Assembly (NCBI GenBank): GCA_016721825.1
Contig: JADKHI010000001.1
Coordinates: forward strand, 512,314-576,313
Length of the DNA: 64,000 nt
Direction of reading: 5' to 3'
DNA from: Flavobacteriales bacterium
GTDB lineage: Bacteria; Bacteroidota; Bacteroidia; Flavobacteriales_F; PHOS-HE28
The position numbers were made by a program, and so were the translations under genes. Under the pieces are notes generated by a model. That model was not told the origin of the DNA. It ran no database searches and saw only the letters and a program-made list of their open reading frames with translations. Of this stretch, positions 31,071-39,384 are shown in pieces (within the stretch, counting starts at the first letter, position 1; each line of letters begins with the position of its first letter).

Positions 31071-31946
31071 ATGGCACGTATGAGGCAGTTGAAGATCTCC
31101 AAGCAGGTCACGAACCGCGACACTCCGTCGCTGGACAAGTACCTGACCGAGATCGGTAAAGTGAAGTTGATCACCGCCCAAGAGGAGGTGGAACTGGCAC
31201 GCAAGATCAAAGCTGGCGACAACGATGCATTGGAAGCGCTTTGCAAGGCGAACCTGCGTTTCGTGGTGTCTGTGGCCAAGCAGTACCAAGGGCAAGGCCT
31301 TACGCTGCCCGATCTGATCAGCGAGGGCAACCTGGGTCTGATCAAGGCCGCCGGACGCTTCGATGAAACGCGCGGCTTCAAGTTCATCAGCTACGCGGTG
31401 TGGTGGATCCGCCAGCAGATCCTGCAGAGCTTGGCCGAACAGGCACGGATCGTGCGCCTTCCCCTGAACAAGATCGGCTCCATCAACCGCATCAACAAGG
31501 CCTTCGCCAAGCTGGAGCAGGAGCATGAGCGACCGCCCACGGCACACGAGCTGGCCGAGCTGCTGGAAATGACCCTCGAAGAGGTGAAGACCAGCCTGAA
31601 CAACAGCGCCAAACACGTGAGCATGGACGCCCCCCTGCGCGACGACGGTGACAGCGGCACCATGCTGGACGTGATGCGGAACAACGACATGCCGGACCCG
31701 GAGGAAAGCCTGATGACGGAAAGCCTGCGCACGGAGATCGAGCGTAGCCTGGACGCCCTCAGCCCACGCGAGGCCGATGTGGTGCGCTTCTACTTCGGAT
31801 TGGGCGGCAACCAGCCACACACCTTGGAGGAGATCGGACAGAAGTTCGACCTGACACGTGAACGCGTCCGCCAGATCAAGGAGAAGGCCATCCGCCGCCT
31901 GAAGCATACGAGCCGCAGCCGCGTGCTGCGCGCTTACCTCGGTTGA
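31071..31946 (+). CDS. rpoD: RNA polymerase primary sigma factor (Bacteroidetes sigma-A, short form)
   Basis: ORF 30945-31946, with the start moved to ATG 31071 ([30 protein letters not shown]). Region 2 motifs [12 protein letters not shown] and YAVWWIRQ. Region 4.2 motif [27 protein letters not shown]. Confidence 0.95.
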   Translation: MARMRQLKISKQVTNRDTPSLDKYLTEIGKVKLITAQEEVELARKIKAGDNDALEALCKANLRFVVSVAKQYQGQGLTLPDLISEGNLGLIKAAGRFDETRGFKFISYAVWWIRQQILQSLAEQARIVRLPLNKIGSINRINKAFAKLEQEHERPPTAHELAELLEMTLEEVKTSLNNSAKHVSMDAPLRDDGDSGTMLDVMRNNDMPDPEESLMTESLRTEIERSLDALSPREADVVRFYFGLGGNQPHTLEEIGQKFDLTRERVRQIKEKAIRRLKHTSRSRVLRAYLG

Positions 31947-31968
31947 ACCAGCTGACATACACCATAGG

Positions 31969-31994
31969 AAGGGCCTCCAGCGATGGGGGCCCTT
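31969..31994 (+). terminator. Weak stem-loop after rpoD
   Basis: AAGGGCC / GGCCCTT form a 7-bp stem with a 12-nt loop and a poor T-run. Confidence 0.3.
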
Positions 31995-32022
31995 TCGCAT
32001 GGAGGGCTACCTTAGCCGTCGC

Positions 32023-32673
32023 ATGGCACACATCATCGCTCCCTCCCTGCTTTCCGCGGACTTCGCTGACCTTACGAGCGCTGTGAAGCTCGTTGACGAA
32101 AGCCCTGCCCCTTGGCTGCACCTGGACGTGATGGACGGCGTGTTCGTGCCCAACATCAGCTTCGGTGTTCCGGTGATCCGCAGCATCCGCAAGCTCACGC
32201 AGAAGGTCTTCGACACACACCTGATGATCGTGGACCCCGATCCCTTCATCAATGTGTTCAGCGATGCTGGGGCCGATATCCTCACCGTTCATCTGGAGGC
32301 CTGTCGACACCTTCATCGCACCGTACAAGCCATCAAGGCCGCAGGTATGAAAGCAGGCGTGTCGATCAACCCGCACACCCCGGTGAGCAGCTTGGAGGAC
32401 ATCATCGCCGACCTCGACCTGGTGTTGGTGATGAGCGTGAACCCGGGCTTCGGTGGGCAGAAGTTCATCGCGAACACGTACCGTAAGCTCGAGCAGCTCC
32501 GAGATCTGCGCTCCCAGCGCCATTCCAAGGCCCTGATCGAGGTGGACGGTGGCGTGGGACTGGACAACGTGCGTGAACTGGTGCGCCACGGAGCCGATGT
32601 GCTGGTGGCCGGCAACAGCGTCTTCAATGCCAAGGACCCCGCCGAAGCGATCGTGTCCTTGACGAACGGTTGA
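32023..32673 (+). CDS. rpe: Ribulose-phosphate 3-epimerase
   Basis: IAPSLLSADFADL, HLDVMDGVFVPNISFG, VMSVNPGFGGQKF and EVDGGV. Confidence 0.95.
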   Translation: MAHIIAPSLLSADFADLTSAVKLVDESPAPWLHLDVMDGVFVPNISFGVPVIRSIRKLTQKVFDTHLMIVDPDPFINVFSDAGADILTVHLEACRHLHRTVQAIKAAGMKAGVSINPHTPVSSLEDIIADLDLVLVMSVNPGFGGQKFIANTYRKLEQLRDLRSQRHSKALIEVDGGVGLDNVRELVRHGADVLVAGNSVFNAKDPAEAIVSLTNG

Positions 32674-32710
32674 TCCGGTCCGGACGCCGACCGTCCCACT
32701 ACCTTCGTCT

Positions 32711-32778
32711 TCGACCTTGTCGAGAGGAACCTCCCTTTCCCCCCTCGACCTTGTCGAGAGGAACCTCCCTTTCCCCCC
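32711..32778 (+). repeat. Perfect 34-bp tandem direct duplication in the rpe / downstream-operon intergenic region
   Basis: TCGACCTTGTCGAGAGGAACCTCCCTTTCCCCCC occurs at 32711-32744 and again, identical, at 32745-32778. It ends 7 nt before ATG 32786. Confidence 0.95.
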
Positions 32779-32785
32779 GAACGCC

Positions 32786-33730
32786 ATGACGGGCCCCATC
32801 GCCGTAGACCAATTGACCTTGACCAGCACCGAAAGGGCCGTGGTGCGGGCTTTGCTGTACTTCGACATTTTCCGGCATCCCCTACGGGAGGATGAGCTGC
32901 GCCGCTTCCTGAGCACCGAGTGCCCGGATGAGCACTGCGTGGAAGTGGCCATCAACACCTTGGCTGAAGAAGGTCTTCTTCACCGGGTCGGAGAACACTT
33001 CATGCTGAACGGATCGAGCGCCAGCGTTACCGAACGCCTTGAAGCGGAGGAACGAGCGCGACGCCGCATGGCCAAGGCCCGCAGCATGAGCCAGCTGATG
33101 AGCCATTTCCCCTTCGTGCGCGGCATCTTGTTGAGCGGGTCCATGAGCAAAGGCGTGCTGGCCGAGGACGGGGACATCGACTACTTCGTGATCACCCAAC
33201 CCGGCCGCCTTTGGGTGGCACGCACCCTGCTGATCGCCTTCAAAAAGGTATTCCTGTTCAATAGCCGTCGCGATTTCTGCGTGAACTACTTCGTGGATAC
33301 GGAACATCTGGTGATCGAGGACAAGAACCTCTTCACCGCCACGGAAGTGATGACCTTGGTCCCCATGGCCGGTCGCACGGTCTGCGGAGCTTTCTTCGCT
33401 GCGAACACCTGGGCCGGCACGCACCTTCCGAACGCGGAAACGCCTTGCCTCGAACAAGTGCCTGTGCCGAAGCGCCGCATGCAACGTCTGTTCGAGCGCT
33501 TACTGGGTGGCGGCATGGGCGACGAGCTCGATGAATGGTGCATGCTCAGGACCAAGGAACGTTGGCGCCGCAAGTTCCCTGAGTTCGATGGCACCCGCTT
33601 TGAACTGGCGCTGCGCAGCCGGCGTTACGTCAGCAAGCACCACCCCCGCAACTTCCAGGAACGTGTGCTATCTGCTTTCGAGCAGGGCCTGCGCGCGTTC
33701 GAACAGCGCACCGGCCACGCTGTTTCGTGA
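32786..33730 (+). CDS. Nucleotidyltransferase-like protein (Pol-beta-type NTase motif) with N-terminal winged-helix-like region
   Basis: ORF 32717-33730, with the start moved to ATG 32786 past the duplication. It has the G-S..D-x-D pattern LLSGSMSKGVLAEDGDIDYFVI. I cannot assign a specific family. Confidence 0.6.
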   Translation: MTGPIAVDQLTLTSTERAVVRALLYFDIFRHPLREDELRRFLSTECPDEHCVEVAINTLAEEGLLHRVGEHFMLNGSSASVTERLEAEERARRRMAKARSMSQLMSHFPFVRGILLSGSMSKGVLAEDGDIDYFVITQPGRLWVARTLLIAFKKVFLFNSRRDFCVNYFVDTEHLVIEDKNLFTATEVMTLVPMAGRTVCGAFFAANTWAGTHLPNAETPCLEQVPVPKRRMQRLFERLLGGGMGDELDEWCMLRTKERWRRKFPEFDGTRFELALRSRRYVSKHHPRNFQERVLSAFEQGLRAFEQRTGHAVS

Positions 33731-33733
33731 ACC

Positions 33734-35182
33734 ATGGCCCGGGTCCTCGTTACGCACGGTTACTTCTACCGCCTCGACCCTAAGCAATGGGCCGATGCAC
33801 GCCCCTACCCGCCCTTAGGTACCATCCAGAGCGCGGCCGTGCTGCGTGAGGCCGGTCATGAGGTGCGCGTGTTCGATACTGGACTGAGCCGATCTCCGGA
33901 AGAGATCGCACAGCACATCTCGGCGTTCAAGCCCGATGTGGTGGTGATCCACGACGATGGGTTCAACTACCTGACGAAGATGTGCCTCACCGTGATGCGC
34001 GAGGCCTGCCAGCGCATGATCACCCTGAGCAAAGGAGCCGGGGCGAAGGTGACCGTGTGCAGCAGCGACAGCACCGATCATCCAGAGCTCTACCTCGCAC
34101 ACGGAGCCGATGCTGTGGTTCTGGGTGAAGGCGAAGAGACCGAACGCGAACTCGTGTCACGGTGGGCAGCAAAGCAAGCCTGGACCGATGTGCCCGGCAT
34201 CACCTGGTCGGACGGCACCGCGATCCGAAGCAATGGCAAGCGACCGGTTCTCCGTGACCTGGATGAGCTGCCCATTCCCGCCTGGGACCTCATCGATGTG
34301 GAGCCGTACCGCGCGATCTGGATGCGGTCCCAGGGCTTCTTCAGCTTGAACGTGGCCACCACGCGGGGCTGTCCCTTCAAGTGCAACTGGTGCGCGAAAC
34401 CCATTTACGGCAACCGCTACAACAGCAGAAGCCCGCAACATGTGGTTCGCGAACTCAAGCTCCTGCATGATCGCTTCGCACCAGATCACCTCTGGATGTG
34501 CGATGACATCTTCGGCCTGAAGCCCGGATGGGTGCAAGGCTTTCGTGATGCCTTGAAGGAAGCGGGACTGAAGGTCCGCTACAAGATCCAGAGCCGTGCC
34601 GATCTGTTATTGCAGGACGACAGCATCGCCGCCTTGGCCGCCAGTGGACTGGAAGAAGCGTGGATCGGGGCTGAGAGCGGTTCCCAGCGCATTCTCGATG
34701 CCATGGACAAGGGCATCACCGTCGAGCAGATCGGCGAAGCACGCCGTAAGTTGGCCCAGCATGGTGTTCGTGTCGGCTTCTTCCTGCAGTTCGGCTACCT
34801 CGGCGAAACGGAGGAAGATGTCGCTTTGACCATTGCGATGCTGGAGGACCTGATGCCGGATGACATCGGGATCAGCGTGAGTTACCCGTTGCCGGGAACG
34901 GGCTTCTTCGAAAAGGTGAAGAACGAACTTGGGACCAAACGCAACTGGACGGACAGCGATGACCTGGCCATGATGTTCACGCAGCAGCAGCGCCCGGCCT
35001 ATTACAAGCGCCTTCACCGCTACGTGCACAAGCGTTTCCGCCGGAAGCAATCGTTGCTCGCGTGGAAGGACCTGCTTCAAGGCGGTGAACGCAAAGCCTC
35101 TCTCCGCCGGTTGTTGTCCGGCGCCTATTACATGCCTGCCGCTGCGATCGACCAACGGCGCTTGAGCCGCTTGACCACATGA
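33734..35182 (+). CDS. B12-binding-domain radical SAM enzyme (class B type)
   Basis: N-terminal B12-binding-like Rossmann region (VLVTHGYFY..PPLGTIQSAAVLREAGHEV). Radical SAM cluster motif TTRGCPFKCNWCAK (CxxxCxxC). It starts 4 nt after the upstream stop. Confidence 0.8.
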   Translation: MARVLVTHGYFYRLDPKQWADARPYPPLGTIQSAAVLREAGHEVRVFDTGLSRSPEEIAQHISAFKPDVVVIHDDGFNYLTKMCLTVMREACQRMITLSKGAGAKVTVCSSDSTDHPELYLAHGADAVVLGEGEETERELVSRWAAKQAWTDVPGITWSDGTAIRSNGKRPVLRDLDELPIPAWDLIDVEPYRAIWMRSQGFFSLNVATTRGCPFKCNWCAKPIYGNRYNSRSPQHVVRELKLLHDRFAPDHLWMCDDIFGLKPGWVQGFRDALKEAGLKVRYKIQSRADLLLQDDSIAALAASGLEEAWIGAESGSQRILDAMDKGITVEQIGEARRKLAQHGVRVGFFLQFGYLGETEEDVALTIAMLEDLMPDDIGISVSYPLPGTGFFEKVKNELGTKRNWTDSDDLAMMFTQQQRPAYYKRLHRYVHKRFRRKQSLLAWKDLLQGGERKASLRRLLSGAYYMPAAAIDQRRLSRLTT

Positions 35183-35976
35183 GCTCTGCTGCCAACATCC
35201 TTCCCGTACAAGAGGCTTTCAGCCGGCAGTCGGGCGAGTTCGATGCGATCGACGAGGCCAATCCTCTGATCGGCTGGGTGCGCGAACGCGTACGTTCGGA
35301 ATGCTTGGATCTCATCAGTCCAGGTGATCGGTTATTGGAACTGAACGCCGGCACCGGCATTGACAGTGTCTTCTTCGCGGAACAAGGTGTCCATGTACTG
35401 GCCACGGACCAGGCGCCGGGCATGCTCACACAACTGCGCTCCAAACAACGTCCGGGACTTCCGCTGGATGTGAAGGCCCTCTCCTTCCTCGACCTTGGTG
35501 AACTGAAAGGCCAGCAGTTCGACCACATCTTCTCCAATTTCGGTGGACTCAATTGCACCGACAGGCTGGATCAGGTGCTTCGCGAAGCCTACCAACTGTT
35601 ACGTCCCGGTGGCTGCTTGCACCTGGTGATCATGCCCAGGGTCTGCCTGTGGGAATTGGCGTGGGTGTTCAAGGGGCAGTTCCGGAGAGCTTTCCGCAGG
35701 CTTCGGAAAGGTGGAACGATGGCGCACCTGGAAGGCGTGGAATTCCCCTGCCACTATTACGACCCTGGGGTCGTGGCCCGCATGGTGCCGGGCCTTTCGG
35801 TGCGTACCATCAAGGGCCTTTCGGTGTTCGTTCCACCGCCCCACATGCAGGGCAAGGCGGAGCGCTGGCCCAGGTTGTTGCGGATCACTGAACAACTGGA
35901 GAAGGCGCTGTGTGACCTCTGGCCTTTCCGAGCTTGGGGCGACCACTACCTGCTGATCGTCCAACGACGACCATGA
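35179..35976 (+). CDS. Class I SAM-dependent methyltransferase
   Basis: SAM motif I LLELNAGTGIDS and post-I/II motifs (LRPGGCLHLVI). ATGA overlap with the radical SAM gene. Confidence 0.75.
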   Translation: MSSAANILPVQEAFSRQSGEFDAIDEANPLIGWVRERVRSECLDLISPGDRLLELNAGTGIDSVFFAEQGVHVLATDQAPGMLTQLRSKQRPGLPLDVKALSFLDLGELKGQQFDHIFSNFGGLNCTDRLDQVLREAYQLLRPGGCLHLVIMPRVCLWELAWVFKGQFRRAFRRLRKGGTMAHLEGVEFPCHYYDPGVVARMVPGLSVRTIKGLSVFVPPPHMQGKAERWPRLLRITEQLEKALCDLWPFRAWGDHYLLIVQRRP

Positions 35977-36773
35977 TCGGTGCCCCTGATCCACTGCCAA
36001 AGGATGCCGTACGTGTGAATGGCGTCTGGCACCTCGGTCCAGTGGACGAGGCCCTGAGCACATCGTATCACGCGGTGCGTGAACGCGAGCAACGGATCCA
36101 CACCGACACAGTAGTACGCGGACTACCCCTCAGCGGACACAGAACCCAGCACGCAGCGGAATGGCGCGTCCGTGCACGATCGCTGAAGCGGTTGCGGAAG
36201 ATCCTGCACGCATTGGGCAAGCCCTTGCAGATCCTCGACATCGGATGCGGCAACGGCTGGATGAGCGCGGCCCTCGCCCTCGATGGTCATGCCGTGATCG
36301 CCATGGACGCGCACCTCGCCGAGCTGGAACAGGCTGCACATGTATTCGCGGACCGAACAGTGATCTGGTGCCTGGGTGATCCCCGCACCGTCCTGTTCCC
36401 GGAAGCGCGATTCGATGTCATCGTGTTCGCTGCAAGTCTGCAGTACTTCCCCGATCTGGCCGACCTCTTCCACCGGGTCTCAAAGATCCTTGCCCCGGGT
36501 GGAAGGATACACGTTGTGGATACTGTCCTCTATGATGATCCTGAGGCGACCGAGCAAGCAGCCGCGCGCAGTGCGGCCTACTACCGTGCGCTCGGGGTGC
36601 CTTCCATGGCGCACCTTTACCATGCGCATGCCTTGATCGACATCCTGCGACTTGGACATGTGGACACGCTCTCCATGCCCCGTGACCTCGGCCTGTTCGG
36701 GCGGATAACCGGCCTGAACGACCCCTTCCATCATTTGGCCGTGCGCCCACATCCCCAGGTGGTGACCCCATAG
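35973..36773 (+). CDS. Class I SAM-dependent methyltransferase
   Basis: ORF 35934-36773, with the start moved to ATG 35973 (ATGA overlap with the upstream stop). SAM motif I ILDIGCGNGWMSAALA, plus LAPGGRIHVVD. Confidence 0.75.
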   Translation: MIGAPDPLPKDAVRVNGVWHLGPVDEALSTSYHAVREREQRIHTDTVVRGLPLSGHRTQHAAEWRVRARSLKRLRKILHALGKPLQILDIGCGNGWMSAALALDGHAVIAMDAHLAELEQAAHVFADRTVIWCLGDPRTVLFPEARFDVIVFAASLQYFPDLADLFHRVSKILAPGGRIHVVDTVLYDDPEATEQAAARSAAYYRALGVPSMAHLYHAHALIDILRLGHVDTLSMPRDLGLFGRITGLNDPFHHLAVRPHPQVVTP

Positions 36774-37171
36774 GTTCGCTCGTGACACGGTCATGCATGC
36801 CGTCTTGAGCATCGTCACCGACATCGCACAGCTGCCAATGCTCGGGCATCCGCCACCCATCTGCTGTTCGACACTCACCTCAGGTATTACGCCAGCCGTG
36901 GATCACATTGACGGTTCAAACTGGCGGACTTCGGTGAGCTGGGAAGTAGTTGCGCTGGTGCGTCTGCCATAGTGACTTCCGCTGTCGCATCGACTATGCC
37001 ACACCTCCTGCGGCTCGTCCTGCGAAAAGAGTGCGGCGCATCATTCCCCGATCCCGTAATAGGAATTGGTAGAATTTACCTCCGCTTGGCTGGAGCCACT
37101 ACAACCGCTAGACCATGCTGCAGCGTTCCATCTGCGCCTGTGGTGACCGAACAGCTTAGTAGCTTAGTGCC

Positions 37172-39301
37172 GTGTCATTCCACTCTTCCTTCCGCCTGCT
37201 TGGCCTTTCGTTCCTACTGCACGCTGCCCTCGTCTCATCACAGGGTCTTCCTGTGTTGTGCGTACCCACTTACACGGACAGTACCGTAGCAGGCGACCTG
37301 ATCGAGGGCGTGGAACTGGAGGACCTCGTGAACTCTGGTACGGGTGGCGTTGGGGGAAGGGGTTATCACGACCTGCGTTTCACGGGTGCGGACCGCATCG
37401 CAAAGTTGACGGCAGGTGGCACCTTTGACCTTACCATCACTTCGGGTTCCCGAGCGAACGAGGTTTACGCTGCTTGGATCGACCTGGATCAGAACGCCAC
37501 CTTCAGCCCCAACGAGCTGCTCGGCACCTGGACGAGCACCATCCCGAACGATATCGGCACCATTGCGTTCACCCTGCCCGTGAACGCGCGTCGCGGCTAT
37601 GCGGCCTTGCGTGTGCGTTGTGTTTACCAGGAACCGGTGATCGACCCCTGCACTGAATATGCCTTCGGTGAAACGGAGGACTACATGGTCTTGATCAGCG
37701 ACGGACTGAACTGCATTCCGGAGATGGCCTATGGAAACCTGGAAGGCGATGAGATCCGCAGTGTTCAGCTCGGCAGCTTCTCCTATCCGGGGAACAGCAC
37801 CGACCCTGTGCCTTATTCCGACCGCCGTGATCGAGGCCTGATGGTAAGCCCTAGCGTCACATACAACCTATCGATCAGCAGCGGTCCGGCCACAGGGGAT
37901 CTGATCGCTGCCTGGATCGATTGGAATGGCGATGGGGACTGGGATGATGCGGCCGAACTGGTCGGCCAGGGGTATGCGAGCAGCCCTTTCCAATCGATCC
38001 TGCTCACGTTCACAGTGCCGCCGCAAGCGCCCATGGGAGAACGTACACTGCGTATCCGGGCCTGGGATTCCGGCCTGCCGCCTAACCCCTGCACCGACCG
38101 CTTGTATGGGGAGACGGAGGACTACACGATCGGCGTGCGCAACCCGGGCTTCCTGTGCTACCCGGTGGCGGGCACCACATCGGGCGGGGACGAGATCGTG
38201 CGGACGGTGCTGCTGGGCGATACGTTCCAGGCACCGGCCCGTTGGCCTTTCCATTCCGTTATCGATACTGTTCCGCAGCGCATGTACCGTGGTGCTTCGC
38301 ACATCATGAACGTCCTGTCCGGAAGCCATTTCCCTACGCGCTATCAGTTGTGGGTGGATGCCAACTATGACGGAGACTTCAATGATGCAGGCGAAGCCCT
38401 GGCCACCGTATTGAGCTCCAGTGCTGGACAGTCGCTCAACCTGAACTTCACCCTCCCCGCTACCATGGCTCCGGGCATGACGCACCTGCGACTGCGATGT
38501 TCCGATGGGAACGCTGTGGCACCGGGCAGCTGCGAGAACAGCCTGACGGGAGAGATCGAGGACCATGTGGTGGTCGTGGAGGATGCCGCCGGCCCCTGCA
38601 TCCCTTATGTAAGTCGTTGGACGCAGGATGGACACTACATCGATGGCCTTCAGTTGGGAAGCATCAGCAGCTCGGGATCGGGGGGGCTACGCGGTCTCGC
38701 GTACACGGACAACACCAGCCAATCCACACTGCTGACCGCTGGGACGAGCTATGACCTTGTGCTGACCGCTGGATCGAGCGACCAGCATCACTTCGATTCC
38801 TTCATCGACCTGGACCTGAACGGGGACCTCAGCGGAGCTGGCGAGCACATAGGTCATGCGATCACAACCCAGCCCGGAGGCCAGACGACCATCACGTTCA
38901 CCCTACCCTTCACCTCGCTTTCTGGTGCCGCCTTGCTGCGCGTGCGGTGTTCGGCCAGCGATACGATCACGGATGGCTGCGTTGACCTGGTGCCCGCTGG
39001 CTTGGGGGAAACGGAGGATTACACGGTGCAATTGGACAATCCGACCGGAGTTCCGTCGGCGACGGCAGGAGGCTTCAGTGTGCAAGCCCGACCCGACCTT
39101 GGCCTTGTGATCGTTACCGCATCGGCCTCACTCCAAGGACAGCGTCTGAGGGTGGTGAACATGCTCGGTCAGCATGTCTTCGAAGGCCGGGTGACCGGAA
39201 CGACCACAATGATACCCGCCACCAGCTGGGTGTCAGGGGCCTATGTGGTCTCGCTCCCTGGCTCCCCGTTGCGGAATTCGACCGTCGTCGGCTGGCCTTG
39301 A
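37172..39301 (+). CDS. Secreted GEVED-domain repeat protein with T9SS C-terminal sorting domain
   Basis: GTG start with signal peptide (SFHSSFRLLGLSFLLHAALVSSQG). Four modules end in the GEVED signature (FGETEDYMV, YGETEDYTI, TGEIEDHVV, LGETEDYTV), each preceded by AAWIDxxxNG/DG. The C-terminal beta-rich CTD reads RLRVVNMLGQHVFEG..GAYVVSL. Confidence 0.8.
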   Translation: MSFHSSFRLLGLSFLLHAALVSSQGLPVLCVPTYTDSTVAGDLIEGVELEDLVNSGTGGVGGRGYHDLRFTGADRIAKLTAGGTFDLTITSGSRANEVYAAWIDLDQNATFSPNELLGTWTSTIPNDIGTIAFTLPVNARRGYAALRVRCVYQEPVIDPCTEYAFGETEDYMVLISDGLNCIPEMAYGNLEGDEIRSVQLGSFSYPGNSTDPVPYSDRRDRGLMVSPSVTYNLSISSGPATGDLIAAWIDWNGDGDWDDAAELVGQGYASSPFQSILLTFTVPPQAPMGERTLRIRAWDSGLPPNPCTDRLYGETEDYTIGVRNPGFLCYPVAGTTSGGDEIVRTVLLGDTFQAPARWPFHSVIDTVPQRMYRGASHIMNVLSGSHFPTRYQLWVDANYDGDFNDAGEALATVLSSSAGQSLNLNFTLPATMAPGMTHLRLRCSDGNAVAPGSCENSLTGEIEDHVVVVEDAAGPCIPYVSRWTQDGHYIDGLQLGSISSSGSGGLRGLAYTDNTSQSTLLTAGTSYDLVLTAGSSDQHHFDSFIDLDLNGDLSGAGEHIGHAITTQPGGQTTITFTLPFTSLSGAALLRVRCSASDTITDGCVDLVPAGLGETEDYTVQLDNPTGVPSATAGGFSVQARPDLGLVIVTASASLQGQRLRVVNMLGQHVFEGRVTGTTTMIPATSWVSGAYVVSLPGSPLRNSTVVGWP

Positions 39302-39384
39302 TCGTGGAAAACTGACCTCGCTCCGAGGGTCCTTGGATCGGTCAGGAACTGATCTTCGCGTTCCCCTTAGCTCAACCGCATACC

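Noticed and set aside
36774-37171. The 400-bp gap after the methyltransferase operon, including ORF 36972-37289 (105 aa), as a possible small gene or ncRNA.
   Set aside because: The ORF translation is Cys/Ser/Leu/Pro-rich with no signal or motif, and it overlaps the better-supported 37172 gene. I could see no tRNA-like or other structured-RNA signature. It is probably a promoter or leader region.
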